NCBI GenBank assembly: GCA_002104905.1
Contig: MCFE01000420.1
Location: forward strand, 1-64,000
From: Basidiobolus meristosporus CBS 931.73
Taxonomy: Eukaryota > Fungi > Basidiobolomycota
Direction: 5' to 3'
Length of the DNA: 64,000 nucleotides
The stretch's first letter is position 1; every line of letters begins with the position of its first letter. This document shows positions 37,886 through 50,852 of the stretch, in pieces. The notes beneath the pieces are model-generated. The model saw only the letters and a list, made by a program, of their open reading frames with translations. It was not told where the DNA came from and made no database searches. Made by a program: the position numbers and the translations under genes.

Positions 37886-38713
37886 GTTTTCCCGTTATGT
37901 AATGTTTCTCAATTAATGCTTTAGAATCCTCTTGGGGAGTCTGGGAACGGTTGGACGTCTAAATCAATATTGTACAGTGTACGTATCTCACGTGTAGACA
38001 ATGCTATCCATCAGTTAAACAACTATGGAGCATGACTGGATTTGACTAGCTGAATTTAGGAGTATCACTAATTCAATCATATATACATCTATGGCAATGA
38101 CTTTTCTTAGCGCCTAGTCATCACGAGCCAGATTGGAAAGCTGATCTAAAGCGTATCTGGACTAATTGGTCAAGTATCAGACTCCAATAAGCATGGCCTC
38201 CTCTGGGCCACTACATACAAATACATGTGCACAATCCCAAGCACTCTAGCCAAACGATAGGGGCTTAAGAATCAGCTCTGGAACCAATCATGAATCATTT
38301 GATCTATTATAATGCGGAGCATACATTGCTCATTCCAAATCCCTGATGAAGGCCAATTCTGGAATAAACCGCCAACAGGTCATCACGTAGTGTGTCTTGA
38401 ATGTACGCTTAAGATGACAGGATCTAGACTGCAGTACTTAATTGGCCTTCATATGGATGTCTATAGTTCAATGTCGCTTACACGGCGTCTGATCTTCATG
38501 TCAAACTGTGTAGATAATACAAGCTGGAATGCATTCATAAGTGTGGTAAGCGATTTACATTTATTCCTGATTCAGGAATACGAAAAAATTCCATATGGTA
38601 CAAACGAAACGGCTTCATAGCACGTCAGAAGTTTTCAAGGAATGACAAGCAATCCCGTAAGTGGTTAAATACAAAACTCATTGAAGCCCAAGAGTGTAGA
38701 GGCAGGGCTGTCG

Positions 38714-38890
38714 TTAGCAGCGGGAATTTCTTCCCATACAGACCGGCAGGTAGTCCATAGGATCCATGTTATATCTGAAATCTTTCATTTGAATGGCGGC
38801 GGTATCAACATGTACAATAGGAAAAATCGGACGAGCGCTTGTAATGGCCGCAATGGAGATTAATGCCAAAAGAGATGCTTTATGGAACAT
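38714..38890 (-). CDS. Candidate small secreted peptide (58 aa)
   Basis: MFHKASLLALISIAAITSA-RP...: basic N-terminus, hydrophobic core, small residues at the predicted cleavage site; TATATAAG ~60-70 bp upstream on the same strand. No homology recognised. Confidence 0.5.
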   Translation of the reverse strand: MFHKASLLALISIAAITSARPIFPIVHVDTAAIQMKDFRYNMDPMDYLPVCMGRNSRC

Positions 38891-40195
38891 GATGTGTGTT
38901 TGAAAGATAAGGTCGTCTACGCTTGAGTACAAATGCGAGGATGGGCGTTCAGCTTATATACCGTTTGATCCATCGCCATTAATTAGCATAATTGGGGATC
39001 GTCATATATATGCCTGTATCCACATATATACAGTATTTGAAACGGGTATTCGAGTTCAGCATAGTGGGGATGATGTATGTGCTGCAAGTCTGAATCGATC
39101 ACTTGTGTTCACAAATGTAGAATCATTTCGGACACTGATGTGGCATCCTTAATCGTATATTTCTAAGCCTCCGTATACCACCTGATAGGATAGCCCCTTT
39201 TGACAAACTAGTAGCGTGCACCCGGTAAATACCTCAGTTGTTTATACACGGACAACGGTCAGCTCTGAATACTCATTTCACCGCCACTTAGTGACTCGTA
39301 TTTCTTGTCAGAGAGTGACGGCTCTTGAGGCGACTGGTATTGATCTAATTTGTCTCATTTGGAAATGGCCTCAAACAACCTCATTGGTGTTGAGCTTTTC
39401 TCCTTGAAAGCACCAAAGACTAATTGCTATTAACAGGCATGCTGAAAGGCTGGTAGAGGAACATTGGCCAATGAAACTTTGCTGTGCCAAGGCCAAAGGT
39501 AAGACATTGTCAGATGACCGCTTGCAGAACAAAGATCGGTGCATCTGTATTGGTTGAGCCATCATACATAAAAATTCATGGTTACTTCATCATTATATGC
39601 ATAATCAACTGTAATCGCCGTAAATTGAAACTCTGCAGCCTTCTGAAGGCTCAACGACCTGACTACGCTTGTTATGTTTAGCCAGCACCTAGAGCATACA
39701 TGGCGTTGTGGTCATCTATTGTGAGGACTTATCTAAAACCCAACCTCGTCAAATCAAGTTAGTATGGGTATTCATGGAGTCAAATGTGAAGAAAGTGGTG
39801 TGAGCCTTGCTTCACCGTCGTTATTTTCCCTGTGTTTCAGTAATATCCCGGGTCACTAAACATCCTCCTCTCTCGTACCCAAGGTTTGTTACAGTACGCT
39901 GAATTGAAGTCCTACGGGGTTTGAAAGCTTGTCTGTACTACCACCAATGATTTGCTGAACCTCTGGCCTAGCTAGGTTTCGAAAACGAGTTGTGCCAACA
40001 GTTAGGGCTGACGTAAATGTGCTTCACAACGTTGCACACCAATCAGGTTTGCTCAGTACGCTCCATTCACGCACGAACAGCTTACTATGAATGTCCTATC
40101 TGTATAATATTCCAACTTGAGCAGCACTTCGTGCGAATGATTTGATTTATTAAGTGGTGACTTGGTACGGCAGAGTACATATGTAATTACTTATT

Positions 40196-41401
40196 TTAAG
40201 CATCCTTTTGTAACTTTGTCGAAGGGCCAGCTAGGCTCGACATGTTATTCTCAGCAGCAACACGGGCTTCCTCTGTCTTCTTGTTATTATCATGAGCTAT
40301 GTTCTTGGCCACTCCCTTCAAGGCTCTTCTAACGAATGCTCGCCTAGAGATGCCGTTCGCGTCAAAGTATACAAGAGATACATTCCCAAGTATGTCTAAT
40401 GTCTCCGATGCCAAATTGCCGGCTTCATTTCCATATTTATGAGTTATCACTTCGGATGTGGCAGCCCGAGCATCGTTCAAGACCAACACAACACCTTGTT
40501 CTAGGCCTTGAAATATATTTCCGATTGCAATGATTGAGCTTCTGGCAAGGTTGCGGATGGTACGCGCAGTAGGGCTTGATTCTGCGCTTTCAGCTGGGAC
40601 AATCAAGTTGCCAATTTTGGCTCCCACGCCCACAGCAATATTGGCAATTTGCGTCACAACATACCGTGTGGCCTTCAGAGCTGTGCTTGAATAGCTTTTA
40701 ATCGTTCTAATTCTATTGATGGTAACTGCTTCGAACACAAGTGGCTTTTCATTTGGGGAGAGCGAGGCTTGTAATTTCTCGCTCCCGTATTTTATCCCCT
40801 GGGATAGGTATTCAGCACTTTTGACCAGATTGGTAGAGATATATTCTGAGCTGGAGACCAGGAAGTCGCCTTCAGTGGATAGCTTCACCCTTCTAACATC
40901 CTGGTTTTGCTCTTTCGAGGCATCTTCATCAACTTCGATAATGACTGGGGTTTTGTCATCAGCGATACTAACTTGATCTTCCTCAACCAGTTTTACTTTG
41001 TCCGACAGTACGCCAACAACTTGCCCAGCGTCGTCAACCATTGCCAGTGTATTCTGGTAGCTTCCTTGCCTCGATAAAATGCCATAATTTGCCAATAGGT
41101 CCTCGAATATATCCACCTCTTCCTTTGGAGCATCCAACAAATCCAATTGATGTTGTATGGAATCATCAGAATGGATTATGAAGGAATTATCATTGGGGCG
41201 GACTATCTTTGTCTTGGGCAAGATCAGCAAGCTAAACTGCTTCTCGCCAATGTACAAGAGACATGCGGGGGTATTATCGGAATTGTGAGCCAAGTGAAAG
41301 GCACGAAGCTCACCAACTATCTCTTCTGAGTTATTGTCATCTAGCGAATGGCAACGGACTGTAGGAAGAGCAAAGATGAATTCAAGAGTTTCTTGTGACA
41401 T
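40196..41401 (-). CDS. Spartin-like senescence-domain protein
   Basis: Intronless 401-aa ORF; N-terminal spartin-like region (LLILPKT...SFII) and C-terminal senescence domain (TSEVITHKYGNEAGNLASETL...GISRRAFV). Confidence 0.8.
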   Translation of the reverse strand: MSQETLEFIFALPTVRCHSLDDNNSEEIVGELRAFHLAHNSDNTPACLLYIGEKQFSLLILPKTKIVRPNDNSFIIHSDDSIQHQLDLLDAPKEEVDIFEDLLANYGILSRQGSYQNTLAMVDDAGQVVGVLSDKVKLVEEDQVSIADDKTPVIIEVDEDASKEQNQDVRRVKLSTEGDFLVSSSEYISTNLVKSAEYLSQGIKYGSEKLQASLSPNEKPLVFEAVTINRIRTIKSYSSTALKATRYVVTQIANIAVGVGAKIGNLIVPAESAESSPTARTIRNLARSSIIAIGNIFQGLEQGVVLVLNDARAATSEVITHKYGNEAGNLASETLDILGNVSLVYFDANGISRRAFVRRALKGVAKNIAHDNNKKTEEARVAAENNMSSLAGPSTKLQKDA

Positions 41402-43032
41402 GGTGATGTATGAAGTGTATGTATTTTAGAGTATTGATACGACCTCGCATTTATATGGGTTGCTTCATTGCGCCGCATAGACATCATCTTAGCCAATTGA
41501 TATCCAGATGAGTAACCAGGATAGCTTTAATTTACCTACTCCTTTGTCACACTGGATGCAGCTCATCGAAATGACAACGTCACAGATATGAAAGAGGAAA
41601 TTCTGATTACCTCGGTGCTTAATCAAAAGGTACAGCCATGCTAGACATTGAAGCTTGGCAAGCACACTCTCATGATATCGGTGTCGCAGCTGGACTACCA
41701 AACAGCCAGCTGGCAGTTACTTTCTGCTTGTTGACGATCGGTTTCAAACCCGCTCGCCTGTAGCTTGAACGGGCCAAGGGTTTATGTACAGAAAAAAGCA
41801 TCCGTCAAATGAACTGCTCCTACGACTGAGCATAGTATACTAAACACATTCGGCACAATGCACCGATCAGTGAGCGACAGAAACCAGCAGGCGTAGGTGT
41901 TTAGTTTATCATCAACTATATCCCGAAATCCCTACGCTAGAAAAACCATACTTCATGATGACAACCACGGTAGCAAATCGAGAACATTGCGTGACAATAG
42001 TAATGTTGCATCCTATCTCACGCTCATTCAATGTTCACATAACTGAAAGCTATTGCAAAAGAATTAGCTAATCACCGTTCCAACCTCCACCCAAGTATGG
42101 TTAATGATGATTCCCGTGAAACTCGACATTTCAACCAAATGCACCACAACAAGCTTTTGCGTCCAGATCAACATTCGACTTCCCCCAACAGTACCGGCAA
42201 TTAAGGTATATAGCTGCCATATCCGGCTTGAGCTGCTCACAACAATCCAACCCCTCGCCGGCCGTAGCCATGATCGGATTGGTACATGTACGTATTTGAT
42301 CATTTCAAGTTGCTGGGAATGGAAATGAGTGCGCAGTTCACTGCTAATCTTAGAGCATCTCAACTTCTGAGACAAGCTGCAACATCACGAGCTAATTCAG
42401 TATCAATGCCCAACATCCAGCACCCAGCACTGCCACCCTAGCCAGACGACCGGCTGCCATAGCAAGCGCAGAGAACTGTGCAGTGGCCCACTGGCTTATT
42501 CTTGTTGGGTCTTGATGGAGGGGACGTGTCTGGATTTGCTGGGCGGGTGACTGCCAGCAATGTCCGCACTACAGCTGGATGGCATCTGTCCCCTCCACTT
42601 GCCAATGGAAAATATCCGAGTCTTTGAGTTCTGCGTAGTAAATTGATTCCAGGCACGAGACACGTTCTCTGCTTGATTCCGACCGCACCCTTCATCCAGA
42701 TAAATGTGTATGTTTCGAAATGGCCATGATTCTGGAAATCAGGAGAGGTTGGTCAAGAGTGCAATATATCTCGAAACGCTCCATACCCATAAATGAGTGG
42801 TTTCCACTTCCTCGGGGTATTCAGGTGGAGATGGAAAAATACATGTGTACGCCCAAATCAATAAAATGTACCATTGTGCAATCTGATTGAGACAAATAAT
42901 CATGGATTCTTTAATGATTCGCCCGCTTATCTCTTGGTACATGGCCTCTCATATTAGGAATTATATATATCAGCAAGCACCAGCCTCTCCGTACCAGATT
43001 GCGTTTTTTTCCTGGAAAATCGATTTGTATTG

Positions 43033-44877
43033 ATGGACACAAGGAAAACCCAACCACGCCTAATTACAGAACCGTTGAGTAGCGACGACAGCGACGACAC
43101 TGGTTCTTCGAGCTCTTCTTCAGTTGCGTCAGAGTCGCCCACTCGTAATCCAGTATTGCCCAATAGAGAGAGTGCTCAACCTCCCGCTTATTCAAGAGAA
43201 ATTCGCTCGATGAGAGATGAAAATGCCGGTGGCCCAACTGCACCCCTTTTGGCTTCAGGCTACTCCCAGAGCTACACTGCACCTAGTAGACAGACCTCCT
43301 CGGCCAACAAAGATATGCCCCCCCTCCCAGTGCCTCGTAATAGAAACGTCTCTTTTGAAACGCCCTCTGTTCCTTTCTTACCCCTCACTAGGAGCAGAAC
43401 TCTAGAAAGTCGTAATCAAGTTGCCGAGGATCTTGTTGATCGCTTCTCTCTTGGAGCCTCGCCAGCTCGCAATGGAATTCTATCCAACCTGCTGAAGCTC
43501 CACAACGCCTCTGCCAACGCACATACAACCTCAGATAGCAGCTCCTTGAACGGGGGTGTTGTAATTCACGATTTAACAAAGGAGGGCCGACGCAATGACG
43601 AGGAGGTCGCACGCTTTCTCGAAAGACGTTCTACCATCACCACCATAGCAGAAGCTTTGCTTCATCAGGACTACTTTATTCTCTTGTCCAAAGCGATGGT
43701 GTTGTTCGGTGCCCCCGCTCACCGTCTGGAAGATAACATGAATCGTGCGTCGGTAGCCCTTGGCGTGGACGCCTCGTTTGCGTTTTTACCTGGGCTGATC
43801 CTGGTTTCCTTCGGGGATGAAGACACGCACACGAGCGAGACTCATATTATCAAGGCCGAGCCAAACTTCGATATGTACAAGCTGAATCGAGTGAATGACA
43901 TATCAAAAAGCGTTATCTATGGTGAGATCGATGTCGAGGATGCGTACGATGAGATTGAAACGTTGCTGGAATCGCCGCCACTCTATCCATGGTGGATGGA
44001 TATTGTTGTATACAGTGTGTCGTCCTTTTTAATATGCCCATTAGCCTTCGGCGGAGATTGGATTGATGGCTTAGTGAGCGGTCTGCTCGGCCTGGTGGTG
44101 GGTAGCTTGCAACAACTCGCTCGAAGAATCTTCAACTACTCAACTGTGTTCGAGGTGACCGCTGCAGTGATCTGCTCATTCATAGCCACCGCCCTTCACC
44201 GACATATATGTTATACGTCGGTAGTCCTCTCGTCTGTTTATAATTTATTGCCAGGCCTGACGTTTGCCACCTCCGTCATGGAGTTGGCCTCCAGAAACAT
44301 CAACTCAGGCGTCATCCGGATGGGCTATGCGCTGGTGCTCTCTTTCATGTTTGGGTTTGGGTTGACCTTTGGGTCTCAATTGTGGAGGAATCTAAACGAC
44401 CTGGACGGGCCGGTGGATACATCGAACTGCCACCCAGTAGACCCATCGTGGTACTTCCTCCTTCTTCCTCTGCTCAGCATAAGCTACAACATCAATCTGC
44501 AATCCCACCCACGCCAATGGCCACTCATGATATGCTTGGGCGCTGTTGGGTTCGGCACATCCTTCCACACGTCCAAGCGCTACGACGAGACGACCTCGGC
44601 TGCCATCTCGGCATTTGCCCTCGGCTTGGTAGGGAATCTCTATTCCCGTATCACACATAGAACAAGTTTTGCTGCCACCATGTCTGCGGTCATGATTTTG
44701 GTACCCGGAACCCTTGGAGTCCGCGGAGTGTACGATGCGCTTTTGCATGCCGGGAAAGGATCCACCTTAGCCTTCGAGATGGTCATTATTCCACTAAGCA
44801 TTGCTGTAGGTCTGTTTATGGCCACGCTACTGATTTACCCGACCGGCAAGCGGAGAACGGCTCTCTTGGCGTTCTGA
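43033..44877 (+). CDS. PRM10: Pheromone-regulated membrane protein 10-like / ThrE-family threonine-serine exporter
   Basis: Intronless ~614-aa ORF; disordered N-terminus, LSKAMVLFGAPAHRLE...FLPGLILVSFGD...TSETHII, about ten hydrophobic segments, MILVPGTLGVRG. Confidence 0.85.
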   Translation: MDTRKTQPRLITEPLSSDDSDDTGSSSSSSVASESPTRNPVLPNRESAQPPAYSREIRSMRDENAGGPTAPLLASGYSQSYTAPSRQTSSANKDMPPLPVPRNRNVSFETPSVPFLPLTRSRTLESRNQVAEDLVDRFSLGASPARNGILSNLLKLHNASANAHTTSDSSSLNGGVVIHDLTKEGRRNDEEVARFLERRSTITTIAEALLHQDYFILLSKAMVLFGAPAHRLEDNMNRASVALGVDASFAFLPGLILVSFGDEDTHTSETHIIKAEPNFDMYKLNRVNDISKSVIYGEIDVEDAYDEIETLLESPPLYPWWMDIVVYSVSSFLICPLAFGGDWIDGLVSGLLGLVVGSLQQLARRIFNYSTVFEVTAAVICSFIATALHRHICYTSVVLSSVYNLLPGLTFATSVMELASRNINSGVIRMGYALVLSFMFGFGLTFGSQLWRNLNDLDGPVDTSNCHPVDPSWYFLLLPLLSISYNINLQSHPRQWPLMICLGAVGFGTSFHTSKRYDETTSAAISAFALGLVGNLYSRITHRTSFAATMSAVMILVPGTLGVRGVYDALLHAGKGSTLAFEMVIIPLSIAVGLFMATLLIYPTGKRRTALLAF

Positions 44878-45382
44878 TTTCGAGCAACCCAGCCTCCCAT
44901 AGCCGTAACCCATGTTCATATATACGTTCGGGCCCACTTTACATAGTTATGTCTTCACCAACCAATTGTTAGTACTGCATCATCCTCTGACTTCTAATAG
45001 CTTTCCAATACCTCCCCCCTTCCATCATTCGCCTGAAGTTGTGATTGTAAATACTTCGACAGGCCCCGCCTCACGGGTGTATTAAACGAGTCAATATCCA
45101 TATACTTCACTTCCCTCTGGAACCTATCCACTGCTCGATGCAAAGTGTCGTTCAGAACAATCCTTGGAAATCCCATACGAGTGAGCAGGGTGTAAGATGC
45201 ATGCGATCGACGCCAGTAAGCATGGAGTATCCTGTGGATCAGTGTATTATTTATTTGATGACATATGTAAAACTTGATGAATGCTACGGATAGCGTTGGA
45301 GAGTAACGAACAGGAGAGCAGATTGCCAGCTGCCCATCAACAAGACAATGCAGTGATGACATCTGGCCTATCTGTGGGTTAC

Positions 45383-45786
45383 TTATTGAGAGGCGTTATC
45401 GTATGCAGCCAATTCATTAGCAATATCTTCATCAATCTTGGGAACTTCAGGGGCAGCAGGGAGCTTGAGGTCCTTGACTTGGCCAACTTCAGAGCCAGCT
45501 GCCTGAGCACTAGGCTTGTACCCCTTCAACGCCTTGATATACAAGTCCTGAACAACATCTGCGAAGAAACAGAGGTCAATGGGCGATCCGGGCAGGTCAA
45601 CGATCCCGGCGCTCGCTTACCTTTCATGCATACAGCTTGGGAAGAGAAGCCACGGACGGCAGTAGCGGTAGCAACAGAAGTCTACACGTGAAAGCGACGT
45701 TATCAGTAACAGAGCAGCCCGTGGTTGATATTCATCTGAATACATACTCTCAAAGAGCTAGAAACGAGAGTGCGAATGGCATACAT
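45383..45786 (-). CDS. ATP14: Mitochondrial ATP synthase subunit h (3 exons; absent from the ORF track)
   Basis: Spliced product MYAIRTLVSSSLR|TSVATATAVRGFSSQAVCMK|DVVQDLYIKALKGYKP...GQVKDLKLP...DIANELAAYDNASQ*. GTATGT and GTAAGC donors; the presequence is Arg/Ser/Ala-rich. Confidence 0.85.
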
Positions 45787-47718
45787 CTTGATGTGGTGTC
45801 TTGTGAAGCACGAAAGAAAAGCCCAACGTCAACACCTGTACCAGCATGGCTTAAACTTTGAGTGCTCTGTGGGGCGAGAGATCTGTGGGGTAAATTTCAT
45901 CGGCTGATTGAAATTGAAAAAATTTCACCAAGATTCCCTCAATCCTGAGAAATCAATGGAGTCTGGGGCAGCAATTTTTCCTAGCCTATCACCTGCCGGG
46001 ACTAATTCTACCGGCCATAATGGGAATGCGTACTGCTAGCGTCCAGCCATGACACACGGTGTTCCGCAACAATTGTGTGACCCATAACGCTATCCACTAT
46101 GCCTGATTTAAGCAACATTGCTGCTAATCTGTTTAAGCCAACTCCTTGCTTCCTTTGGAATCCCTGCAGAGGATTTGAGGCGACAGAAAAGGAATCCCCC
46201 CGTTTATACTCACTGAACTGCCTGGATCTCCACCCTTTTCTCAGACACAATGTGCCCCCGATAATTTCCATCAGTTGTACAGGCTCTTGGCTCTCCCATA
46301 ACCATCAGATCTATGGCAATGCGAGCACTACTAGTGTTGAAGACAACAGCCGTATCTGAATGCTCAATATACCCATTGCCTTCTTGCTCTAAGCAGCATA
46401 CATCACAGACTCCTCCCGCTCTTTCAGCCGCGTTGGAGGGTACCCCAAGCTGTGATATGATTGAATAGGTAGGCTCAACCGGACGTGTTTCAGTAGCATA
46501 CCATTCTAGAACATGCCACCTGGCAGTCACCTGCTCTGGACAACATCCCACTGCACTTTAAAGTATAATAATATAGTACCACGACCATTTAAGTGTGATG
46601 TACAAATCGCGTAGCACCCCAGTGAGCATACTGAACAGCTCACGGAGACCACACCCCAAGTGATGATGTGTGCAGATTGAAAGGGCAGCTTGCCTCGTGA
46701 CCACGGCACTGTCTCAAGACCCACAAGCTCGCTTCCTCCATGTGGCTGACAGCAAGGCAGGGCGCTCGCCGCCAGCGCCATTCCTAACCTCAAGCCATGC
46801 TGCCCTCTATCCTCAGCACTACACCCATTTGGAACGTAGCACGGCTGAAGCATATTGCTAGCCCCAAGCCAATCGGTAAATTGGTGCTGCTTGAAATACC
46901 GATCATCTCACCATTCCTGCTCATACCCATCTCTGCCGCTTCACCACCTTGCGGCAAATGGTGTTCCGAATCCAACCCTCCACCCGCCCCTTCCTAAAAC
47001 GTACCCTGTATGCAGCTACATCAACATACATCGTGACGCACCCACGAACATATTCAAGAATGGGCCAAAGGATGCGCTCGAATATAGACGTGTTCCTGAT
47101 TGATAATATTCCCTATATTATTGCCTAGCATGACCTGTGTCACAAAATATATTGCCAGGTGACAGCCATCAAGATAATGCGAAAATGGCCAGGTGTCGTA
47201 TGCAGACACAGCTAAACCCAGTCGAGGGTGGGTGGTGGATGGGCGTATTGCAGCGTGTTTTGAAGCGCAGTCGAAGCGATTGCAGCTGCCAGAGAGCCGA
47301 GGACAGCAGCGACGCTCACGAACGCCTCTCGCGTAGCCTAGGGCCCAGCCAGTTGAAGAGCTGCGTCGGAGAGGCTTGCTCGATGGCAAAAGAGGAAGGC
47401 AAAGGGCAGCCGGAGGCTTGGATGAGCCGACCACCATGTCTTCCTGGCTTGCGTACGAGTGGGAATGCAAGTGCCGAGCTTTACTAAAATTATCAAAATT
47501 AAGATTAGCTCTACTCATGGATTTGGTTACGAATTTGGGCAGAAAATAAGTTCCTACGAGCCAGTCATCTGATAATCATGATAGGGGGTATAAATAAATC
47601 TAAGCTCTACCAATGGCCGTGCAGATCGCAAGTTCTATTTGCACTGAATTCGTGTGGAATTAGCCTGATTAACGAAACTATATCCATCTTTTATTCAATT
47701 TTGACAACTGATTCTTTC

Positions 47719-49761
47719 ATGGTTAGTATCTTCACACTCCATCGTTCTTCGAATAGCACAATGGAGCCGGGTGTCAAAAGGAAAGGTCCATTGGGGCTAG
47801 CAAAGCAGCTAGATGTTCTTGTCAAACCCCAACCAGTGGAATATTCACAAGTACTCTCGCAATCCTCTCTGTTTACCTCCTTATTTAAGAGCCAAAGTGA
47901 GCGGATATTTGCACTCTTCATCTTGGCGCTTCTTACTCGTTTTCTCGTGTGGGTGATTGCTTTCACATCCAACTATTTCATAGAAGATTATGATTCTTCC
48001 ATCGATTTGATCCTCCCCAACATCTCGACCAAGAATTCGTTTCGAATCCTGCTGAAGAGAGTTGTGACAACTTTTGTTAGATGGGACGCTTTCTATTTTG
48101 TACATATTGCAGAGGAAGGGTACATTTACGAGCAAGAGTATGCATTTTTTCCCATGTTGCCTTTTTTGATGAAGGGGATCAGCGCGACTGGTTGGTATTT
48201 TTGTTATGATTAGACCTCCTGACTGTTGCTAATATTCTATGACTTTGTTCACCTCCCTTTCTAGTGCTGAGGCCGCTTCTGATATTGTTAGACCATAAAT
48301 CAATCTTGGTGCTATCAGGGATTATAATCTCGAATGTTTCGTTTGCTCTGGCAACTGCTACTCTGTACCAGTATGTATCGCTTGATTCTCCGCCCATCTT
48401 TGGTTCAATGTCTTTTTGTATTAACAGCAACCATTTTTGAAACTGCAGTCTGTCCTACTCCATATTCAAGAAGGAGAGATTTGCACTGATTTCTGCCCTG
48501 TGTTTCTGCTTTACTCCTTCTTGCATGTTCATGTCCTCCATGTAAGTTCCTGAGGGAAGGTCATCTGTTTTGGAGCAGATTTTCATATGGCTTGCTCTGT
48601 AGGTATACTGAGAGCTTGTTTGCGCTGCTAACTTTCGTCGGTATGGACCTGTACATTCATCGGTGGTTCTGGAGTGCAGCTATTGTCTGGTCGTTCAGTA
48701 CTCTCACGAGGTCGAACGGTGTCGTCTACGTCGGGTTTTTCATCTTCGATTTGTGTATCAAGAATCGCTCAAGCTCGGCAGTGGTAGGTGTCTTGATTAT
48801 ATGATGTCGAACGATGGACCAAGTGATAGACTGTTGAATTGGCCAGGTTTATATGACGCAGGTGTTGAAAGCGATGGCTTTGTCGCTTGTGACCTTCCTT
48901 GGGATGGCTAGTTTTCAGATGTATGGATACCTCAATTACTGCGCGAACACAAGCCAACCGCGCCCATGGTGTCAGGCCAGGATCCCGCTACTCTATTCTT
49001 TTGTGCAAGAAGAATACTGGTGAGCCCTAGTAATACTTGAGCCAACCATTCGTTCGCGTTCTGATCTTTTGCATAGGAATTGCGGGCTGTTTAGGTATTA
49101 CGAATGGAAGCAGCTTCCGAATTTCTTGCTTGCCGCCCCCATGGTGTTGCTCTCTTTTTGTGGCATATGGTCGTACGCAGCACACGATCTTCTCCGTTTC
49201 TTCTCCGTTGGCATCTTGAAGGCCACCCGCGAAGGTACATTTTCAACCACGACGCCCAGCTATTCTTCACATCCTGTTTACCTAGTGTTTTCCCACTCAT
49301 TCCTAGCCGGACAGCCCAAGGGTGCCCAACCTTCGGACGAAAACGGGGTTTCCCACTCACTGAAACCTAACATCGGGCAAAGCCGTGGGCGAAATGTCAG
49401 CAACAAAGTGCCGGTGATGTTTTCTCCTCTGTCGCATATCCCAGGCAGTGCTGATCATTTGGAAGGAAGTGAGCCCAACAAGAATGTGTTGGGAGAGCTA
49501 TTTTACACAGAGGCACTCCTGCCTTTCATATATCTATGGGGAGTATTGTTGGTTTATTGCACCTTGGCCATGCACATCCAAGTGATCACCCGGTTCTTTT
49601 CTTGTATGCCGACGGTCTATTGGTTTGCTGCTCATCTGCTGGCGCAAGACACCGATAACTCCAAACGGAAAAGAGTTGCCAGTCAGATTGTTCTCTTTTA
49701 CTTCATCACATACGGCTTGGTGGGGATCGTGTTGTTTAGTAATTTCTTCCCACCTGCATGA
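47719..49761 (+). CDS. GPI18: GPI mannosyltransferase 2 (PIG-V), multi-exon
   Basis: FVRWDAFYFVHIAEEGYIYEQEYAFFPMLP, YTESLFA, TRSNG, YSFVQEEYW/NCGLFRYYEWKQLPNFLLAAP, HIQVITRFFS, LFSNFFPPA*. Start may be 47719 or 47761. Confidence 0.92.
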
Positions 49762-50852
49762 ACTCTGCCCTTGCTCCATCCTACGGGCGGTTATTCATAG
49801 CGTCGCTACCTAGGGATTCGACAGAATCCAGTGGTGCTCATTTGCCTCCTCCCTCCTCCCGACAGCATTTGTCGTATTTCGGTGCTCTTCATACTTTGGT
49901 TTAGGGACTCTTCATAGACACGCCATACCTTGAGCCAGCTAGATTCCGGAACCACACTCAAGTTCGGCCAGGTGTTCTTGATTTCGTACATTTTGTAAAT
50001 TAGTGTTCTCTACTTTCTTCCACCCTCAGTATAATCATTTTCCTATTATTCTAATCACCGATGAGTGCATGACCTACAAGCGTAAGCAGTGAAGGAAGAC
50101 CCGCCCATACCCGATGATGGGCTGATGAGGCCATTATTCCCCCAGATGTTTTCCACACAACATTCACCTCTCGTGTACACTCAATAGAACTCATATGGAT
50201 CGGTGAAGAAATTGATGTGCCCTATGGTGCTTCTCACCCGTAGCATCGCCCTTGTCCAAGCTGCAGCCTAGTCACCACTATATGCCTTTTCTCAACTTCA
50301 CGATGTACAATGAATCCCACCACTGCTTATCATCACATATATCATGTCCTGTTCACACATTCATCGCTCTTATGTCGTCAATACAACCTATTTAATCTAT
50401 ACCATGTTTCTTTGATGGGAGGTTGGGTGGCAATTGGGTTTTCCCGAAAACCGCGGACTGCTCCTGGCGGAGTCGCCTTGACCTTGGTGAGCCTGGAACG
50501 AAACTGCAAGGAGGCTATTTACGCATATGTATGCTTGCTTATGGTGGAGCATGAACGACTAATCCTATATTGATGCCAATCAATCGAGCTACCATCAATC
50601 ACGCTCTGGGGGAATTGATTGAAATTATCCGAAGATAATCGAATACTGCTGGTGACTTGCAAATACTTCGATCAGTGGGAGGGGGCTACTATTCAACAAT
50701 TCGATTTCCCGCCCAACTGGAACATTCCGCGCGGAAGTTGATGCTGATGGTTTCTTTGACTCCTCATATAGGCTTCCCGGTTTCAGTTTCAGTTTCGAGT
50801 GTCGGCTGGGTATTCAAATCCAGATACCTGGGCTGGCATTATATTTACACAA

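Noticed and set aside
41700-43000. Short ORFs upstream of PRM10 (42064-42375, 42438-42695, 42739-42942)
   Set aside because: No coherent splice model or recognisable domain; treated as intergenic.
44994-45362. 122-aa minus-strand ORF downstream of ATP14
   Set aside because: Lies between the converging 3' ends of PRM10 and ATP14, has no recognisable motif, and is not needed to complete ATP14.
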